A DNA stretch of 64,000 nt from the NCBI RefSeq assembly GCF_009914755.1, contig NC_060928.1; one strand, given 5' to 3'. This stretch comes from the human T2T-CHM13v2.0 reference genome, Homo sapiens. The position numbers and the translations under genes are program-made. Below the pieces are notes generated by a model that worked only from the letters and a program-made list of their open reading frames with translations, did no database searches and was not told the origin of the DNA. This document shows positions 59,739 through 64,000 of the stretch, piece by piece; position 1 is the stretch's first letter; each line of letters opens with the position of its first letter.

Positions 59739-62700
59739 CCGCTAGTGCACTAGGATTGCAAACGTCAGCTCTGAAATAAAAAGCAGGATATTTCTGCCCC
59801 GCTCCTCTATTCCGGAAGCTGGGAGGTTCTGTGGGAGAAAGGACCTGCACCCAATAACTCAATTTAAGATTTAAGGTTTTGAGGGGCGTGGGGTTGGAAT
59901 CGCCTTGGAGAAACGGGTTTGCCTGCTTACCTGAGCCAAAGGAAGTTGCCCTCAAAGGCAGGTCAGCAATCATACCCCGCCAAAAGCAAATGCACATCAA
60001 AGTAACTTCCTTTAAATGAGATTACTGTAGTTTCCATGTCTTCCACATTAGTAAATAAATATTTGGAAGACTTCGAATTTGTGATTTACGTTTAAATATA
60101 TTTCACCAACATTGTTTAATTAAAAAAAAATCCCATCTAAGAGAAGGTTCCTATAGGAAATTGGCCCTTTAACTCATACACAGATTACCCTCGGCACTTT
60201 CAGAAAACAACACAGTGACCAGTATATTCTGTCTTTTTGATACAGCCAGAAGCACCCTGAAAGCTGAGACCTAACTGTGCTTTTGGAAAATAAGCTTTTA
60301 GGAGTTGAATGACCTTGTCTACTTCTTTTAGTCAGAATAATGTTGGCATGTCTATTTTAGGTTAAAAAAAAAATACAAATTCTAAAAAGTGACTTTAAAG
60401 GCCCACTTTGAAAGCCTTAGCATTTAAACTAACATTAGATTTAAAAGAAGGGCTTTTCTCCCCCATTATAGGAAGCTGTGTAAAATCATGTGTGAGGTTG
60501 TGAGGGTCAAATGGAAGTCTAAGATAAAGTTCTGCCAATTACTGGTGTCTTTAAGCTTCCACCAGCAGCCAAGCACAGTGCAGATCATGAGTCCTTCAAA
60601 ATACGGGGTGGTTTTAATGCTCTAAGTTGGTATGATTACTTTTTCTAAAGAGCTCAAAGTGCTTTGGTGCCATAGTATGAATTTCATTACCCATTGTGAG
60701 ACACAAAGGGGGTTAGCAATGATTCTGTTTGCACCCTGGAAGCCAAAGGCAGGTTACTCACCCACTTAGTTCCCTACCACAAGACCTTGAAAGAAACTGG
60801 AACCCCAGGTCTCCAGCCCAGAGATTTTGTTGGAAGTTTCCATTTGCAGGAAATGACTGCAGGGCACATGTGGGAAGTGACAGGAATTTGAGGACTAACA
60901 TTTTAGTTTTCCTCATTTCTTTTTAAATCTGAGCAATTGTTCATTGATCGATAATCTATGTTCTTACATTCAGATAAATAAAAACACCAACTGGCTATTT
61001 TGTTCTTACTTAGTTTTATGTGTGTGTCCAGGCATTTGCCACTGCTCCTAAATAGCTCTCCCTGAAGTCTTCTGGTCATGAGTTAGGTTTCTTATCCAGA
61101 AGCTCATGTAGTGCCAGAGCTTAGCTCTCCTATGACAACACAATCACATTATTGAAACATCTATTTAGGGATCTGTCTTCTCTAATAGATTATAAACGCC
61201 TTGAGCTTGGGTATCGTGATTTAATGATGAATCCTCCATGGTATCTGAATCCCAGAATCCTACAATCCTGCATGGTATCTGAAACATACTATGCTCTTAA
61301 AAAAAAAAAAAAAAAACTTTGTAAATGGAACTTCCCTCAAGGAGTCAGGGTTTAAGTCAAACATGTTTCCCTTTCAAAGCCGTGGGCATGAGAATAGAGG
61401 CTGTTAGGAGACACAGTAGTAGTTGACTGCAAAAGTGTCTGTCAGTCAGTTGTGTGGCCCAAGACTCTTTTTATCAGTTCCAACAACTGAAAAATGAGAG
61501 GGTTTTAGTGGAAGATCTCTGTACTGCTAATATTTTAAGATCTCGAAGTCTTTATTGAGCACCTAGTATGTGTACAACACTATGCCAGTTACTAAGAGAG
61601 AGATGAAAAAATAAGATATCTCCATTGCCCTAAGAGAGCATAAAATCTTATCTCAAGGAAAAACAAGGCAAACACTCCTAGCCTACCTTTACAGACACGC
61701 ACAGACATGAGTTAACACAGTTGTAAACTGTTCTAAAGAAGATAAAGGCTCAAGGAGTGAAAAGGCATGAAATAGAAACAAAAGCAACTGACCTATGAGT
61801 TTGGGCAATAATCAGTAATAATACCAGCTAAAGTGTATCTAAGGCTTATAGTGCCAGGTACTATGCAAAATGAATCATAGGAGCTGCACCTTTTGTTCAT
61901 TTTACAAATGGGGAAACGGAGGTTTAGGAGAGTTTAGTGACTCGTTCAAGGTGACATACTAATAAGTGGTAGGGCTGATATTCAAAGAGTTCTCACCTGA
62001 CTCCAAAGTGCATCTTCTCAACCAATATTAGAGATTATTAGCCCAGACTTCCCTATTTTATAATTGAGGGATTTCATTAGAGCACTAGAGGAGGAAGCTA
62101 CCCTTCCAGTAAAAACTAGACTCCTAGTCTAGTGCTCTATGTAATTAAGTAATATGCTTATGTTTGCTATTTTTCTGGTTTTTCTCTTTCCCACAAAATA
62201 TGTAATAGGAGACGGGAGGTCAGGAAAAGGGGAGAGAGAGAAAAAGAGAGAAGTTGCTTCTTTTGAAGATGTCCAGAATCCACAGTAGTCTACCTGCTCA
62301 GACTCAATGGGGTTTTATTTGTAACCCCCAGTCTAGTGGGCAGCCCTGTATAGCCTTTCTTCCCATCATGGCTGTTTGAATCTTTCAGGTTAATAGCATG
62401 AATATTAAAGACTCCAGTGGGACTCTTTATCCACAAAGGAAATTGGGATCAGGTTAAAAATCCAATTTTAATAAACTTTCCAAGTCCTGATTTAGATGAG
62501 GTACTAATGGCTCTTACTGCTGAATCACCTTAAAAGTCAAATGTATTTTTAAAAGGGAAGCTTGTTGGGTATTGTTTAATTGTGCATTGCACATTCCTGT
62601 CTTAATAGAAAAAGATCATCTGTAAAACTTATGAGAGCAGATAGGAAATGCCACTATCCACAGAGCCAGTTGGGTAGAGGGAAGGGCGTTGGGTTTGAAA

Positions 62701-64000
62701 GATAATTTTCACTCGTTTGACCAAAACAAAGAGAGCATGATTGCACTGTGTGAAAATGATATCCTCGAATAACTCCACTAATTTGATTGTGCTGAGGTCT
62801 AGAATTGTTTCTATTTCTTTTGATTTGCTAATTAGCTAGAGCAGTCCGCTAGTGAGAGGGGAAATGAGGGTCACAGCCATAAAACATGGAGGATTGTTGT
62901 TCCTTCCAACTCAGCTCACCCATCTCATGCCTCCCCAACCATCCCGTCCCAACGCCCAATTTTGTCTCTGTGTATGTAACAACAATCCATCCATCTATGA
63001 CAAATTGAGTGATTCTTTTCTGAAAACAGGATTTTTAAGATTATCTACTTTATGACACCAAATTTGACACATCTTGGCATATGTGGTTATGAGGTCCAGT
63101 TATGACTTTTATGATGTTTTCCTTTATGAATCCTGCTCCCTGCCTTGCCAAGTTAAAATTATATCTTATGATTACATTAGTATAAAGGTGAGTATATTTT
63201 CTTCTTTATTTAAATATCTTCTTTAATCTAAAAGTTTATCTTTTTCTGATTTTTAGAAGAAATTAAATCATTTTTGGGAAGCCCTCAAGGTACCATAAGC
63301 TCTGGGCAGTGTGCCTAAGACTTCTAATGGAGAATTTAGCCCTGTGCAGATGATATTGCAGAGGAGGAATGCTTAGTTAATTTAGGTAAAGTATGCACAG
63401 TAAATACAATTTCATAAAAAAGCTTATAGTCTATGGTGTTATGTAAACAACTATAGACAAATAGAATATTGCTTTTATTTGTTATCCTGTGTTAAACTGT
63501 GGCCAAAATTACACACATCAGTGTTAGAAAAATTGCAGTATTGCAGGCTTGAAGTGGTCCCCTTGTTCAAATTACTGGCCCCTGCTGAGTGCTGGAATAC
63601 CTTCAGGGCGATGGAAAATTGTGGCACTCTCTTTGATTTTAGATTTTGGGACCAAAGCTGGCTGATCTTTTGATGAGTCGGTCTTAATGATTTGCTCTTT
63701 TAGGCCTTATTCAAGGATACTGGGAACCTCACACTCTTCAGAAAAAAAAAAGTTTTCCTCCTGGCAGGCCTATCAGTTCAGTTGAATCAATATGTATTAG
63801 GTACCTCCCATATAGCAGCCTGTGTGCTAGGTACATGGGTAGAGATTTATTAAGAAGAATGAAATTCAATCTCTTACTTAGGAGCTCACAGATGTGCATT
63901 AACAGAAAAATTACAATTCAATCTAATCATTCTCATGAGTCCCTAGTTCCATTTGTAGTAGAAGGTCCAAGGAGCATTTGAACTGTGACTCTCAGACCCT

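Noticed and set aside
62078-62139. Hairpin TAGAGCACTAG ... CTAGTGCTCTA
   Set aside because: Short, lies in MIR-like decayed sequence, no supporting context.

Overview
Human genomic DNA (a human-specific AluYb8 is present), recognisable as the HS3ST1 locus (4p15.33, from memory). One real protein-coding gene: HS3ST1 on the minus strand, with a non-coding first exon in a CpG island (~58758-58960), a 28.6 kb intron and a single coding exon (CDS 30063-29140, 307 aa). The left third is retroelement-rich: a 5'-inverted L1PA2-type 3' end, an RNPS1 retrocopy whose 305-codon ORF is still open, an ERVL pol relic, a solo LTR7 with a 5-bp TSD, a full-length L1PA2-type element (ORF1 one nonsense codon, ORF2 intact), and a nested MER21/MST/MADE1/AluYb8/Tigger stack. 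The intron holds Alus, MaLR LTRs, MIRs, DNA-transposon MITEs and a 5S rRNA retropseudogene. I found no new multi-gene system. The best leads are an L1 ORF0 frameshifted so that it reads out of the element into flanking DNA (232 aa), the open RNPS1 retro-ORF with an RNP1 substitution and no visible 5' end, an HS3ST1 uORF whose stop codon is created by splicing, and the ORF2-intact L1. Subfamily calls and consensus comparisons are from recall, not database alignment; boundaries of old repeats are approximate.
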